Positions 25,550 through 37,751 of a DNA stretch of 64,000 nucleotides are shown here, piece by piece. Origin of the DNA: Amphiscolops sp. MND2022 (Eukaryota); the NCBI GenBank assembly GCA_964187785.1, contig OZ076411.1, forward strand, positions 24,118,001-24,182,000. Direction: 5' to 3'. The position numbers and the translations under genes are program-made. The notes beneath the pieces are model-generated. The model was not told the origin of the DNA and searched no databases. It was given only the letters and a program-made list of their open reading frames with translations. How positions within the stretch are numbered: position 1 is the first letter of the stretch; each line of letters begins with the position of its first letter.

Positions 25550-28500
25550 CTTGCAATTCGTTACCGAAAAACAAGCAGCAGTCTTCTCCTACAAGAAAGA
25601 GCCTATCAATACTCAAGCTGTCCCCGGCTGTCACCGTTCCTTCGCGAAGGTGTGGAATACCTATCATCAGCTTCGTTCTGAAACCCCAACGACCACCAAC
25701 TGTCTGCTAACGAGGATAAATTCAGAACTTCCGTCATGGAAGTACCTTCAGGTTGCTTTTTTAAGTTGTTAAAATCGTGCTTGATCAGGGTTTTCGTTTA
25801 ACGTAACTACTTCCTCCATCGTTAACAACTCGTTTTGAGCATGAACATTTTAACTTGCTTCCGGAACTCCGGTAAGATGGACATATATGCAGGAAGTGAA
25901 CCGCGTCTTTTCCATTTTTTTCATTTAGATAATGAACAAATTGGCCAACCAACTCTTCAGACAGAGGAGCCAATGGAAGTTAGTCAAGAAAACTCTGATG
26001 ACACTGAGTGTCTCAGCACAACATCGCAAATTAAAGAATAAGGCCAATCAGCCCGGTGTTACTAGCGCTGAGACAAGCAAGTCTGAACTTGCTACAGTTA
26101 GTCCAGCTGAACCAGAAGTTCCAAAAGAGCAGCAAGCCGCAGGAGAAGAGATTGTTGAGAAGATGAATGAGGTCGAAATGACAACTTCGCCGATTGAAGC
26201 TACCGTTACTGGACCATGTGTCATTTATGCCACACCACAAGGTAAATCGCCCAAACCTCCCGGCTACACTTTCAGCAGTAGCGGGTCTGATGAGAGTTGT
26301 GGTAGATAAATGGAAGTTAACAGCGTTGGCAAGCAGTCAAGCTGAACTTGAGGTGCAGACAACTTCAGTCGTGGAAAAACTGAGTGAAAGCAAGCAGTGA
26401 TTTTGTTTCCTCAAACTAGTGGATCCCCTCCAGTGACCGTGAGTACTGCTGACAACCCTAAGTAGTTTTTCTGGACCCGTCTTCAAAGTATCTACAGTCT
26501 AGGTTGAGGGATGACAACAAGGACCCTGACAGGAGGAAGAGTCAGTTGACTATCAGTTCCGTGATAGAGGAGATTGAAATTCCTTCAGTTGATCAGAGGC
26601 TTTCATCTACTGCTCCAAGGGTGTCCGGTCAAGATGACATCAGGTTCCCCTTTAAACAATTTGTTGGGACAACTCCTGCTATAACCAGTAGTGAGGCGGA
26701 AACGCCAGCTGAGAGTGAGGCGGCTTCTAATGTCTACGCTCGGTCTACTTTGGCTAATGCTTTGGCGGCACCCAACACAGACTAATACGTATGCCTAGTG
26801 ATGAGGCTAGTGGCACTGATTCTGAACCCGAGCAACCTGTAGTCAGTAAGCCGGCAACACTCTCCATTAGCAGCCGTGAGATCATCCGCAAACACTTCGC
26901 TGAAGCACAACCGATAAACCTTCCGCTAGGGCACCCAACCGTTGCCTTCAATCGAGAACAAATTGGGCACATCCTGAAAGTTGTGGGAGACGAGACTGCT
27001 CGGTCCTCTTTCGAAACGTTTGATAGTGTGGTCATGCGCGCTAGCAGGTTAGGTTTGGAAGAAAGAGAGTATTGCTAATAGACAAGACGTACGGTCCAAG
27101 AGCCCTGCACCACGAATTCCAATATCTGATTCAGAAGCTGAAGGAACTTCGTGTGGTCCAACATTTGCTGGAGGTAGTTTCACCAGTGGTCCAGATTTTG
27201 ATGAATCAGACCTTTGGGGACCGAGTATTCTCAAGAGACGAGGTCTAGTCGAGTTTCATCGTCCAAGCCATTACCCCTCCAACATGCAGCTGCAGTCAGA
27301 CTGACCTCGGGTCCAAATTAGCAAATCAAATCGTGTGAAAGTCCTGGAGCACAAACTCTGGCTGAGTTGAAACACGAGGCCCAACGAGATTAGGGCAAGA
27401 AGAGTCAAAAGATCCGATAAATCCAAAACATAGGGCTGTCGGGAGATCTTGCAAGTTTATGCGTGAAGAATACTTTGAATGCATGTCTTGGGCACGCACC
27501 TTTGTTTCTGGGCCAATGGATCCCAAAGGAAATCGCTACAGATTTTACTGCCAAATTTGTAAAGGCACCCTATCAATCTATGGCAGAGGCCCGAAAGAGA
27601 TTTTGCGTCACCATGCAACCGACGTCATTTGCGCAAGGATCAACATTGGTGCAATGAACATCTTGGAGTTGAAGATCCTGTGATTCGTCACCATGTCTGT
27701 GGCAAAGACGGAAAGTTACTTTCTCCACTAGAGCTGGAAGCCGAGTTGCCCAATTTCATTGACGTGGAACTAGTGGATATTTGCGAGAAGTTGCCCTTCT
27801 ATGAAGAGTTCATTGCAGGTCATGACCATATGGCTTTCTCCTCTGAAAATCGGGTCAGAATACAGATCTCCATTCTATGACATGCCTTACCGACTTTCGC
27901 GAACATTAGCGCACTTCGAGAATTTTGGAAAGACGTTGGCGTCGTTGTCATCCACCAGTCACTGTTCTCAGACTTCAATTGGGAGAAAAGAGCGCCTTTC
28001 AGTAAGTTGTACTTTTCATGTTTCTGACCACTATGGGTCCATTTAAGTTCTCGTTGTGATTCTATTGAATTGATGTCCATTTTTGAAGAGCCTTTTATTA
28101 TAATCAGTGACTTCTCCTCTGACTTAATGCGGACTTTGTTGTTCTACATGTGTTGTTCCCTCTTATATTCATCCCAACATTAGAAGATATAGCTAACCAC
28201 ATTCTGAGCAGTGGATTTTTTGCGCTTGAGTTTGAATCGAAGGCACCCTTGCTCTTTCTACAACTCCGATTTTGGCGAGAAGATCTATTGCGCCGCGTAT
28301 TGATTCGCAGCACCGGACGCACGGTCGGACAGACTTCAGCTAAGTTGCGTCTGTTGTCATACCGTTTGGCTGCAATTTTACCACGAGCTAGTCCCGTGTG
28401 TCGCAGTGGTTGTACCCATTCTCTGGTACAACTACTAGATGATTGCCTTTTTCTCAGATTGGCCGTACAACGCAGAAGACGTTTCGAAGAAATATAACTG

Positions 28501-30192
28501 GAAAAGATCATGTACAAGAAAAGCTACATTGTTTTTGGACGTATTGATTTTTATTCAGTGATCAAATACATTGTCGTCTGTCTAGGAGGAAGTCTTTTAT
28601 TTAGAATGGATTCTCGTTACCCCAAAGTTAGCTAGGGTTAGTGTCACTGCTATTCTTGTTGTCCCTATCCCATGAGTTCTAAAGAGGTTTCCTATTTAGG
28701 CCATAGGTGATTGACGACTTGATACCGCTAAACTCCTCATCCTGTGCCGTGAATTGCTGAGTAACTGGAGTTGGGTCACTGAGTTCTTGTCAACACACTC
28801 GTGGTACCATGCTATGATGGGAGTGTCCAAGCAGGTAAATTGGTGTAGTCATTTTGACTTGAGGTCCCTAATTTAACATCCTGCTTTGTATGGTTTCATT
28901 TCGTTTCAGCCCCAGAATTTACACTGGTCCTCATTGTGTGGCGACTTGTTTCTGGAAACTGGATTTGTTACAGTGACTCGTCCGTGATTGTTAATCAAGG
29001 TTCCTCCTGTTTGAGTGTAACATGCTTATCACTATAGCTAAACAATTATTATCTTTAGATGCAACGTGTTTCTCCATCAGCTTGTCGGATCGCAGGAACC
29101 GACGATTCTACACTTACCGACAGCTCTGCCAGTACCTCCACAAACTTGCCCGCAGGTGCGCTAGCGCCAAAGGTACTCCATCTGGAGATAAGTGGCCTGA
29201 AGTTTTGGACCTGGAACTAAAGCGAGTTACAGCACTAAGTGTCTCCGATTCCATGACACGGATCAAACTGAGTGAAAAACTGGACATCGCGTGTAACACC
29301 AAGGCTGAGCGTGAAGTGAAGGGTAAACATGGTGAAGGCTCGCCTCTTGATGCCCTCATCAGCAAGAACAAAGAAGACTTCGGACGTTCCGCACGCAGTT
29401 AAATCACACACCTCTTCAATTCCATGCAGAATCAGACTAATTTGACCGCTGACTTAGTGAGAGGATTGGGTTCAGTTGACCTTGAAACTTTATTGACCGC
29501 GCCCATCGAGCACGCTATGTACTGCCACAGACGGCTATTTACGAGTTTCCGCCTCAGGGGTTACTTTTCTTTTGACCAAGAGTGTATTTGTTGTGAAGAG
29601 AACCGTTCCTTCTTTGATGTGATGCGCCAGTCCTTCCCTGAGCTCTTACAACGTACTTTGTTTGTGAAAGACACCGTGGAGTTTTTCATTGCTCAGGCGT
29701 CCTTGACCTGCCGTCCATTGTTGTATAAACTGTTCCGCCTCTCCTGCCTTTTTCTCGATGAGCCATTTCAAAACTTGCCAGTTGTCGCTTTTGGGTCAGT
29801 AAAATACTGAGGATTCAACCTGCAGTCAAGTTGACGTGATACTACCCGTCCAATCTCATTTCCTTAATGTTCCTCGAGGCATGTACCTCTGAACAATCAA
29901 TCTCCAAATTTCGTCTGTTGGAGCCAGAATTTGGGACACAGGGGCTGGGTGACGTGTATTGTTTTGGTTGAGCGTCGACTACTTTGGGCGTGTTACATTT
30001 GTGGAGCAGTATGACCCCAAGGGTTCATTTCAACAAGCGCCTCCTCTGGACTTTGAGTCAGATGCTTCAAGTGCCGGCAAGGCCAAGAAAAAGAAGCATG
30101 GGGCTCTAAAGAAGAAAACGACTCAACTGCGCAGTGATACTGAGCTGACCCGTTCCGCACAAGATCTACTTGCTGATGGTAGTGAATCCTAA
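25550..30192 (+). pseudogene. Disrupted, intron-containing BED-zinc-finger gene with degenerate hAT-like segments, antisense to the adjacent Gypsy pol
   Basis: Ser/Glu/Pro-rich N-terminal ORFs at 25835-27078. FYCQICKGTLSIYGRGPKEILRHHAT(x)RH finger at ~27540-27635 with a 1-nt frameshift. Donor GTAAGT at 28002, donor GTAAAT at ~28836, acceptor TTTCAG at ~28908. Further ORFs at 29022, 29424 and 29959, the last ending in a KAKKKKH NLS-like stretch. Confidence 0.55.
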
Positions 30193-30399
30193 TTGTATTT
30201 TGTGTATTTGTGAACTATTCTTGTGTTTATGTTTGATATACATATCTTTTTTTGTTGTTATAAATGTCATTAGTCAACTTGAGCCTCGCAAGAACCCAGT
30301 CAGGAGTCAGGGGTTGCGAATTTACATTCTTTGGCTAGTATCTATATCTATCACTAAAGTGTGGAGTACGGTTGGGACGTAAATTATATTTTCCTCCCC

Positions 30400-33300
30400 T
30401 GGGCCTTTCAATTTCCACAACCATTTCATCATTTTCCTTGTTTGATACATCGGGCACGATTATATCCTTCTCTTTAGAAACTAAAAAATCAAAATCAGCC
30501 ACATCTGAAGTGCTTTTGAGGTCCTTTCGTTAGTTTCTGAATCAGTATTTGGTTGCGGTCGAGTTGACCTAAGGTCCGTGTCAGCCGTATTTCCGTCCGG
30601 CTGCTAAGCCAATTGCTCAGTCTCAGCTGAGTTAGTATCTTGTTGCCGTCGAGCGGACCGAAGGTCCGCATCATTCAATTCAAGTTCACACTGCCCAGTC
30701 CAACTCTGTAATTATAGCGTCCTATTGATCAGAATCAGCTGAAGAGTCTTCAGAAGTATTTTATAAGTCAGAATATGGTGGAAAATTGTCAAATATTTGC
30801 GTAGTCGAATACGATGTAAAATTTGTGTTTTGTTTGAATTAAGTTTGCGGATTAAATATTTTTCGTTGGGGACGTTTTTTTCGATGACATAACGTCTTAT
30901 CTACGAAATTCTCGAAACGGAAATTTTGATCCTTAGTGGTCCGCTAGCGATTGTAGTATGAAACAATAGTCTACCTGTTGTAATGGGGCCGCTTTTGCTT
31001 TTCGATCATAATATTCTTTGTACTTTAGGTACCATTGCATGAGGTTTTTCTTGATCTTGTCTATAGGAAATTGAGTACGTCTTCGTAGTTCCTCAGCAAA
31101 GTCCCTTGTTGTCGGTAGAACCCTCGGGTTGGGATTTAATCCTAACCTATGGTCTAGGATGTTATAAGCCACTCTTCCATGAAAACTTCTGAAAGGTTCA
31201 CTCTTCGATTTGATTGATAGGTCGTATTGTAATTAAGTACAGCCAATGGACGATATTTGTGCCACTGGCGACGATATTCACTTGATGCCATTTTGAGGTC
31301 ACTTTTAGGGCTGGCATGAGTTCTCTTTAATTTACCTATAGTCTGAGGGTGCTTCGTGGTAGCTGATTTTATTTGAACACCCAAGATTTTTGCTATTTCA
31401 TCTCCTAGACGAGACGTAAATGCTGTTCCTTTATCCGTAATCAGCGTCGTTGTTGAATATGTGTGCCTAGTCGTGATATCAATAAGTACATTTGCTGTAT
31501 TAGTACGAAGCGTCCGTTACAGAGTAGGCAAACAGGTATCTTGAAAAAACATCTGAGGCTGTTATGATTTTTCCATATCCTCCAGTTGGTGGTAGGTTGG
31601 GCAAAAAGTCAATCTGTAAAACGTCTCCCAGGCCAAGGTCCCATTCGGGCAAAATCAGTAATTCGGGCGTTATCAATGCATATTGATCCTTTTGTCTTTT
31701 ATGCAAATCTCATACCTTGCACCAATTTTTTGACGATTTTTGCGATTCCTGGATAGTAGTGTTTTTGACGGATCTCATGAAGCATTTTGGAAATTTCCGG
31801 ATGTTTATTCGCGGTTCCATGTAGTGATTGAAGTATTTCAGTCATGAGATGTTTCGGAAGCAGCGCTTGGCGGAACTGGACGCTGCCTGTTTCATCGTAG
31901 TAGTCTCTGATAATGATATCATCCTGGACGGACAGACGGTCAAGTTGACTGCAGTAATGCCGGAAACGTGAGTCTTGCTGTACGATGGTCTCTGAGTTCT
32001 CCTCGTTTTTTAATTTGAGCCGTATATGTTGTAAAATGGTGTCGTTTTGTTGTTCGATAGGCTTGGTGGTTGGTTTTGCTAGTTTCTGCGAAGTTGGAGT
32101 TTGGAGGTAAGCACTTTTGTGTGTACTTAGTTTCTCCAGCGAAATGTCAGGTAGTTGGTTCGTCGGGTTTGACCAGGCGTCTCTTTTCTGTTCCCAGATT
32201 TGCTCGTCGGTTTCTTCATCGTCATCTGTGTAGAAGATCTGGTCCTCCACCGTGACTCCTGGCGATTGGACGTTGAGTTCAATAGGCGTCGTTGAGATGT
32301 CTTCTCGCAGACGGAGTATTAGTTTTTCTTCAATACAGATTTCTAGATGCGACAGGTAATCTGCTGCGGTGTTGTTTTTGCCAGGTATATGAACGCTCGT
32401 GAAAATGAACAGGATAACGTAGTTGCACGCGTTCCACAGGGTTGGTGGAAAAAGTTTTTATTTGGAAAAAGCGAGTGACCGATTTGTTGTCTGTTAGGCT
32501 TATCGACGGTTTCGTGGTCCCCCCAAAAAAAGTCCAAATTTCTTTAAAGGCAAAGAATATCACTAAGAACTCCTTGGCGTATATGGACATTTTCAATTTG
32601 GCGGGACTAAAGGTTTTGCATCCATACGCTACAGGTGCGAAGGCTTTTCGCGTCGAACTATATTTCTCCATTGGATCGTCCTCGATGAGAACTGCGTAAC
32701 CTGTTGCCGAGAAACGAGCATATGTCATCAATGCTATTTGTTTATTGGGCAGGGGTAAAATTAGTTCACGTTCACAAAATCGGTCGAAAGCTTTGTTGAT
32801 CTCACGGAATTGCTTTGACAGATCTGGTGTCACCATGACGTTGGCATCGTTTTTCAGCAATTCGAAGAATGGAGGCAGTTTTTCTGAAAGCCTTGGGATG
32901 TAATTACGGTAGTAATTCAGGAAGCCCAAGTATCTTTGAAGTGCTTTTTGGATTTCGGAAACTTGGTTTTCTCTAAATAATATTGAACCCTGGGTCGTTG
33001 TGGCCGCACTCCTTCAGGAATGATGGTACGCCGCAGTAAGTCAATTTCTTTGGCTCCGAAGTGGCATTTGTGCATCTTTAATTTGAGACCCGCAGTCCGG
33101 ATGCACTCAAATGTCGCTCGTAGGTTATAAATGAGCTGCGTAGCATCATTGGCTGCAATTCCGATATCGACTACGTATTGAGCGCATTGGTCAGCTTTGA
33201 TCACTTTATCCAGATATTCGCGCATAAAGCTCGAAAAGGCTGACATGGCTCTACTTAGACCTTTCGCAAGTCTGCGGTAGGCAGGTGTTTTGCTGGCGAA

Positions 33301-34935
33301 GTTAAAGGACAGCATCTCGATTGTCCTTTGGTCAGCCATTTGGAGACAGTGATATGCTGGGGAACAGTCTAATTTGCAAAATTATCGTTTGCCTGCCATA
33401 TGCTGCGCAGCGTCAGTTAACGTGGTGACAGGATGATTCTTATCGATATAGTCATCAGAGATCAGGTTATTGATCTTTCGGAGGTAGACCAGAAGTCGCA
33501 GTTTGCCGACTGGTTTTTCTGGGCAAAGATTGGGCTTGCGTACTTGGAAAATGGGAGCGTTGTTATAATCCCATATCGATGTAACATTGCTAATCCTACA
33601 AGGATGTCCTCTTTAAGGTTGATTGGCGTTGGTAAGCTCTGGATATGGCTATAAGCAGGGGAATCGTCTTTAGGTGTCAATTTGACCGCTAACTCCTCAT
33701 TCATGCCTATATCGAAGCGGTGTTGTACAAAATTGTCGTGAAATTCGACGAGCAATTCTTCAATTTGAGCGATTTCGGCTGGATTCAACGTACAGTCTGT
33801 CCAGTCGAAGTAAGCGAAAAATATTTTTGGACTCAGGATCATCCTGAGGGTCGAGTTTTTCTAATTCTTGGAGTTTGTATAATTCCTTCAAAATTCGTCG
33901 TTGAATCGGTTTGTGATGCTGAGGGTCTCCAGGGTCTTTTGGAGTAGGAAGCCAAAAGTTCTCTCTGTCTTCCTCAGTCTTTGCGGATTTGATCAAACTG
34001 CTGGCATAGTAGGCAGCTTTTTCTGGATTGTCTTGTAGAAGGTGCCATATGGTCACCGAGTCAATAGGTTTGACATATTTCTTCTGCTCTGGAGTCAGGA
34101 GATAGAAATTGGCCTTGTGCGAACCACCTTTGAGGGTGTATGGTTGATCGGTGAAGTTGTTCACATGAATTATAACCTGACCTTAGGTCAGTGTGACCAG
34201 AGCTGCACATGAGGCAATATCGCCATCCTCTGTGAGGGTGTTGCTCGGTTGAAGAATCCCAGTGACGTTAGAGTCCTCGTACAGCTGGGAACACATGGAG
34301 ACCATGTGTCTATCATTTTGAGGATTAGTTATGTCCTTCTGTGTGTTAATGGGTTCCATAACGCTAGTACACTTATGGTTCGCTGTTTTCAATTGCATTA
34401 AAAAGAATGACAAGTTTAGGATTCCCTGTCGCATGTCCAGTATGGTATTGTTCCGTTGAAGGAACGCGAGGCCAATTAACGGGCTTGCAAGTTTTTCCTT
34501 GACTATGAAGATCTTATGGAAATCGGTGTCCCCGACCTCAAATTTGAGTTCTACAGTGCCCTTTGGAGCCTCCAGTTGTCCGTTAGGAACCATGATTTGG
34601 AGGTTTGGAGCTGGGCCTTCTTTAATTATTGATTGAGTGGGTAATAAACGGATTTTACGTAGATCTGCGTCTGCGATAGCACTGGATAGAGCTCCCGTGT
34701 CTACAAGGCCAAAATGTTAGTTCGCCAAAATCCATTGGAAAAGAGAGCATGCGTCTCTTATATTTGACTCCCAATTTTGTTGTTAGCGGAATGAAGTCGT
34801 GTTCACCATCTCGTGAGATCAGCGTGTTCACGAATCGTTCTTCCACTGTTGCCGTCAACGTGACCAAAGGTTCAACTTTGGGAAGTTCTGTCGTTGATTT
34901 GTCATGGGTTGTCGGATAAAAGGCAACCCGTGTAC
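30400..34935 (-). mobile_element. Ty3/Gypsy pol (PR-RT-RNaseH-IN), frameshifted and 5'-truncated
   Basis: Protease LVDTGALSSA (~34675-34710). RT FSKYASPIF and QYVVDIG (mutated YVDD). RNase H SIYAKEFL..TDNKS. Integrase HGTANKHP, LQIDF..DVFSRY and HPQTIGK. Domain order is Gypsy-type. Purine tract AGGGGAGGAAAA (minus strand) at 30389-30400. Confidence 0.95.
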
Positions 34936-34989
34936 AAATGTTCCAATGTTAGCTACTTACTATAAATTGTTTTTTATCGAATCGGAAAG

Positions 34990-36204
34990 TCAGTATTCAA
35001 ATCAATGATTATATCGACATGTCATTTATCCCTCCTAATGGTTTACCTCAGGGGGATGTACTGTCACCACTTTTGTTTATATTCTATATGAAAGGCTTCC
35101 TCCAAGATGCGGACTTAACATATGAGTTTGCAGGTGACAGTACTTCTCTTTCAAGCAAAAAAAACCTAAGCACATTTCTAGAAAAGGCGGAAAACTATAC
35201 ATACAAATGGAGGCAGGTGCTGAATGAAGACAATATTTCAGTCCGACTATAAGTTTGTTGAGAGAAGTAAAATACTGGGCATATGGTTTGAACGAGATTT
35301 GTGTTTCAAAACACATGCTGCCATTATCTCTGCCTCAATGATTAATTCCCGGAAAGTAACTAGTATACTTATAACGCAAGGATTAAATCCATTTTACGCT
35401 GAACGTAACTTTGATTCATATGTGAAACCACGTGTCACGTACTGTATGACTATTTTGTTTCATCAAAAAATGACATCTCTGGACAAGATGTGGTGGAGTG
35501 ATCATAAATCTATCTTTGGGATAAGAAACTACCAAGTATCTAAACACGTAGTTTGTGTTTTAAGTAATATTTGGCCTCCTTCTCTACTCTACACTTATCA
35601 AGTATAAATGTTTCTACATTCAACTGCTAGAAGTGCAGATATTCTAAACCCAGGTACTTTAGCAATCATACTCCAACATATTGTTATGGTGAGATTATTT
35701 TTGGTACACAAACATCCAATTGTAAATCGTGATCCTGACGAAATTAGGGCAATATACAAACAATATGCTAGACAATCCTCGGTCAGTACTTTTAAGAAGG
35801 AGGTGGATGAGTATTGCAGACACTTATGGCAACGAGAAATAAAGCAAAGTCATATGTACTCAAATTACTCAGGGCTTAAAGTAAGAAACAGCATCATGAA
35901 AATGCTAGCACCATATCCTAGGAAAATGTCTGTCAAAACGCTACGTGTTCTAACGAATGCTTTTCAAGTACGCAAAGTATTATTCAGAAGTAATAAGAGC
36001 AAAACCGATAATTGTCCCTATTGTAGAGTTGTCAATGATACTGCCCATTTCTTCTTATTCTGTGTCTCATACCAAGAACACCGAAGGAGTTTCATTAAGA
36101 TGCTTATAAATAAGAAAATTGACGAAACGCTGGTTAGTTTGCTAAATTGCGAAAACAAGCATGTTATAAGCGCGTTGGCTGGCTTTGTTGCAAGCATCGA
36201 TTAA
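34990..36204 (+). mobile_element. 5'-truncated APE-type LINE ORF2 3' half with C-terminal CCHC
   Basis: GLPQGDVLSPLLF, FAGD (mutated FADD), KILGIWFERDL and CPYC-x7-HFFLFC. It sits where the Gypsy pol is cut off. Confidence 0.85.
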
Positions 36205-36611
36205 TACTTGTAACCCTGCAGTCCTCACCTGCCTTCCTTCTGGGTCAATTCTATTATACTATTTTCTTTGTTCTGGAATCAATGATAGAAAGACATTTGT
36301 ACTGCCGCATCCCGAAGGTTAATTTATCTCTTCTTTTTCTGAGAGGATCTGAGTCTTTCGAGAAAAGAATCATTCCTTCTTGGAGCTGAGTTACTTGGAG
36401 TGGGTTATTTGGGAAAACAATTTAGAGCACCATTGCTATCTTGCGACCAACTTTTCAATGAATGTCCATGCTTCATTTACTGAAGTATCACAGATTACAT
36501 AACACTGCTAGAGAACGCGTGTTGGAACAGTCGTTCTTACCAAACAAAGTCCACTGAAAGAGAAATTCGACGTGTCAAAATTCGACGCTACTATGGGTCT
36601 TTTTGAAAAAG

Positions 36612-36772
36612 AATTAGCCCGAGATGAAGCATGGACAGTCAGAAAAAGATAGGCAAAGTGCCAGATCGCTGCAAGCTGTAGAGCCTCCATACAGTGTCAA
36701 AAACGGTCCCTGAATGAAACAAGCACCAAGAACATCAAAGTGGAGGAGAGATTTATAAATTAGGGCACCGTA
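36612..36772. repeat. ~160-bp dispersed repeat, copy 1
   Basis: agcccgagatgaagcatgg...gtggaggagagatttataaatta is repeated at 40055-40210. Confidence 0.85.
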
Positions 36773-37194
36773 TCATAATTTTGAAAAACATCGGCTGTAA
36801 ATATATCGCAGGAATCACCAAACTAGGATCGTCGAGGTGAGTCACGACAACTTTCCTTCTTCAACTATTGCAGAGATAGATGATTCCTCAGTTTGACGGC
36901 GAGTAGATCGAGATCCTGAGGCATAGCACGGAACTGCGTAGCAAAGCGAAGCTATTTTGCGTTCTGATGTATCCTATGGCGTCCGAGTAGCTGTCTTGTC
37001 CTTTTTCCCTGATCTTCAGAGCAAGTCTGGACATACCTTTTGAGGCTGAAGGACCTGCGCCTCCTGAACACGCGAAGACAAAAGGATTGAATGATCTGTT
37101 TTCCACATCAAGGATTCTCTGTTCGTACTTCAGTTTTTTCAGTTTCATGATATTTATACACTTCCTTTACTTCTTTTGGACAGGACTTGGCCAG

Positions 37195-37751
37195 GGTAAA
37201 TGGTCACTTGGCTTAATGCCATTTGGCTTAAAGTCATTTGGCTTAATACAATTGGTCACTTGGCTTAATTTTTTTAAGCTAAGTGTCTCGGGTATTGGTC
37301 ACTTGGCTTAAAGTCATTTGACTTAAAATCACTTAGTTGAAAACACGTGGCAGATTTTGTCGAATTTATCTTTATAACGTAGTCAGCGTATTATTATAAC
37401 ATATCATATCAAGTACCCCTCGGATATGTCCCCATTTCCTCTAGTGACCTGCGGCCCCTTGGGGCCGCTTATATTCCCATCTTGCTAAGCGAGGTCGAAC
37501 AGGAGCAAAGACCTAGCGGGAACGAAGATCGCGAAGCGATCGTAGTGGGAGCTGGTCTTTGCGACGGTGAGGGCGAGCGTGCATACACCGCATATGCCCC
37601 GCATTTTGATATTTCCGGGAGTTGACATATTTATTCCTTGAGTTGGAATGGAGTTGGCTTAATTTTGTGGTCACTTGGCTTAAAATTTTTGAGCCAAATG
37701 ACTCGAGGAAACAATTAAGCCAAATGGTATTAAGCCAAGTGACTGGTAACC
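37195..37751. mobile_element. 557-bp MITE with GTCACTTGGCTTAA tandem subterminal repeats
   Basis: TSD TTGGCCAG at 37187-37194 and 37752-37759 (9 bp if the preceding C is counted). Imperfect TIRs GGTAAATGGTCACTTGGCTTAAT / GGTTACCAGTCACTTGGCTTAAT. Removing it rejoins the host LINE coding sequence (FNPLAK|SCPK). Confidence 0.88.
37377..37602 (-). repeat. Structured repeat, copy 2, ending in the GCTGACTACGTT SINE tail
   Basis: Hairpins gcggcccc-tt-ggggccgc (37451-37468), gcaaagacc/ggtctttgc (37505-37562) and gatcgc-gaa-gcgatc (37527-37541). aacgtagtcagc at 37377. Confidence 0.75.

Noticed and set aside
32070-33947. Plus-strand ORFs overlapping the Gypsy pol
   Set aside because: They are antisense shadows of a recognisable minus-strand pol and have no motifs of their own.
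37422-37602. HDV-like or hammerhead ribozyme
   Set aside because: CCUCGC and AAUGGGGAC recall HDV, but I could not assemble a P1/P1.1/P2/P3 pseudoknot. No CUGAUGA/GAAA core was found.
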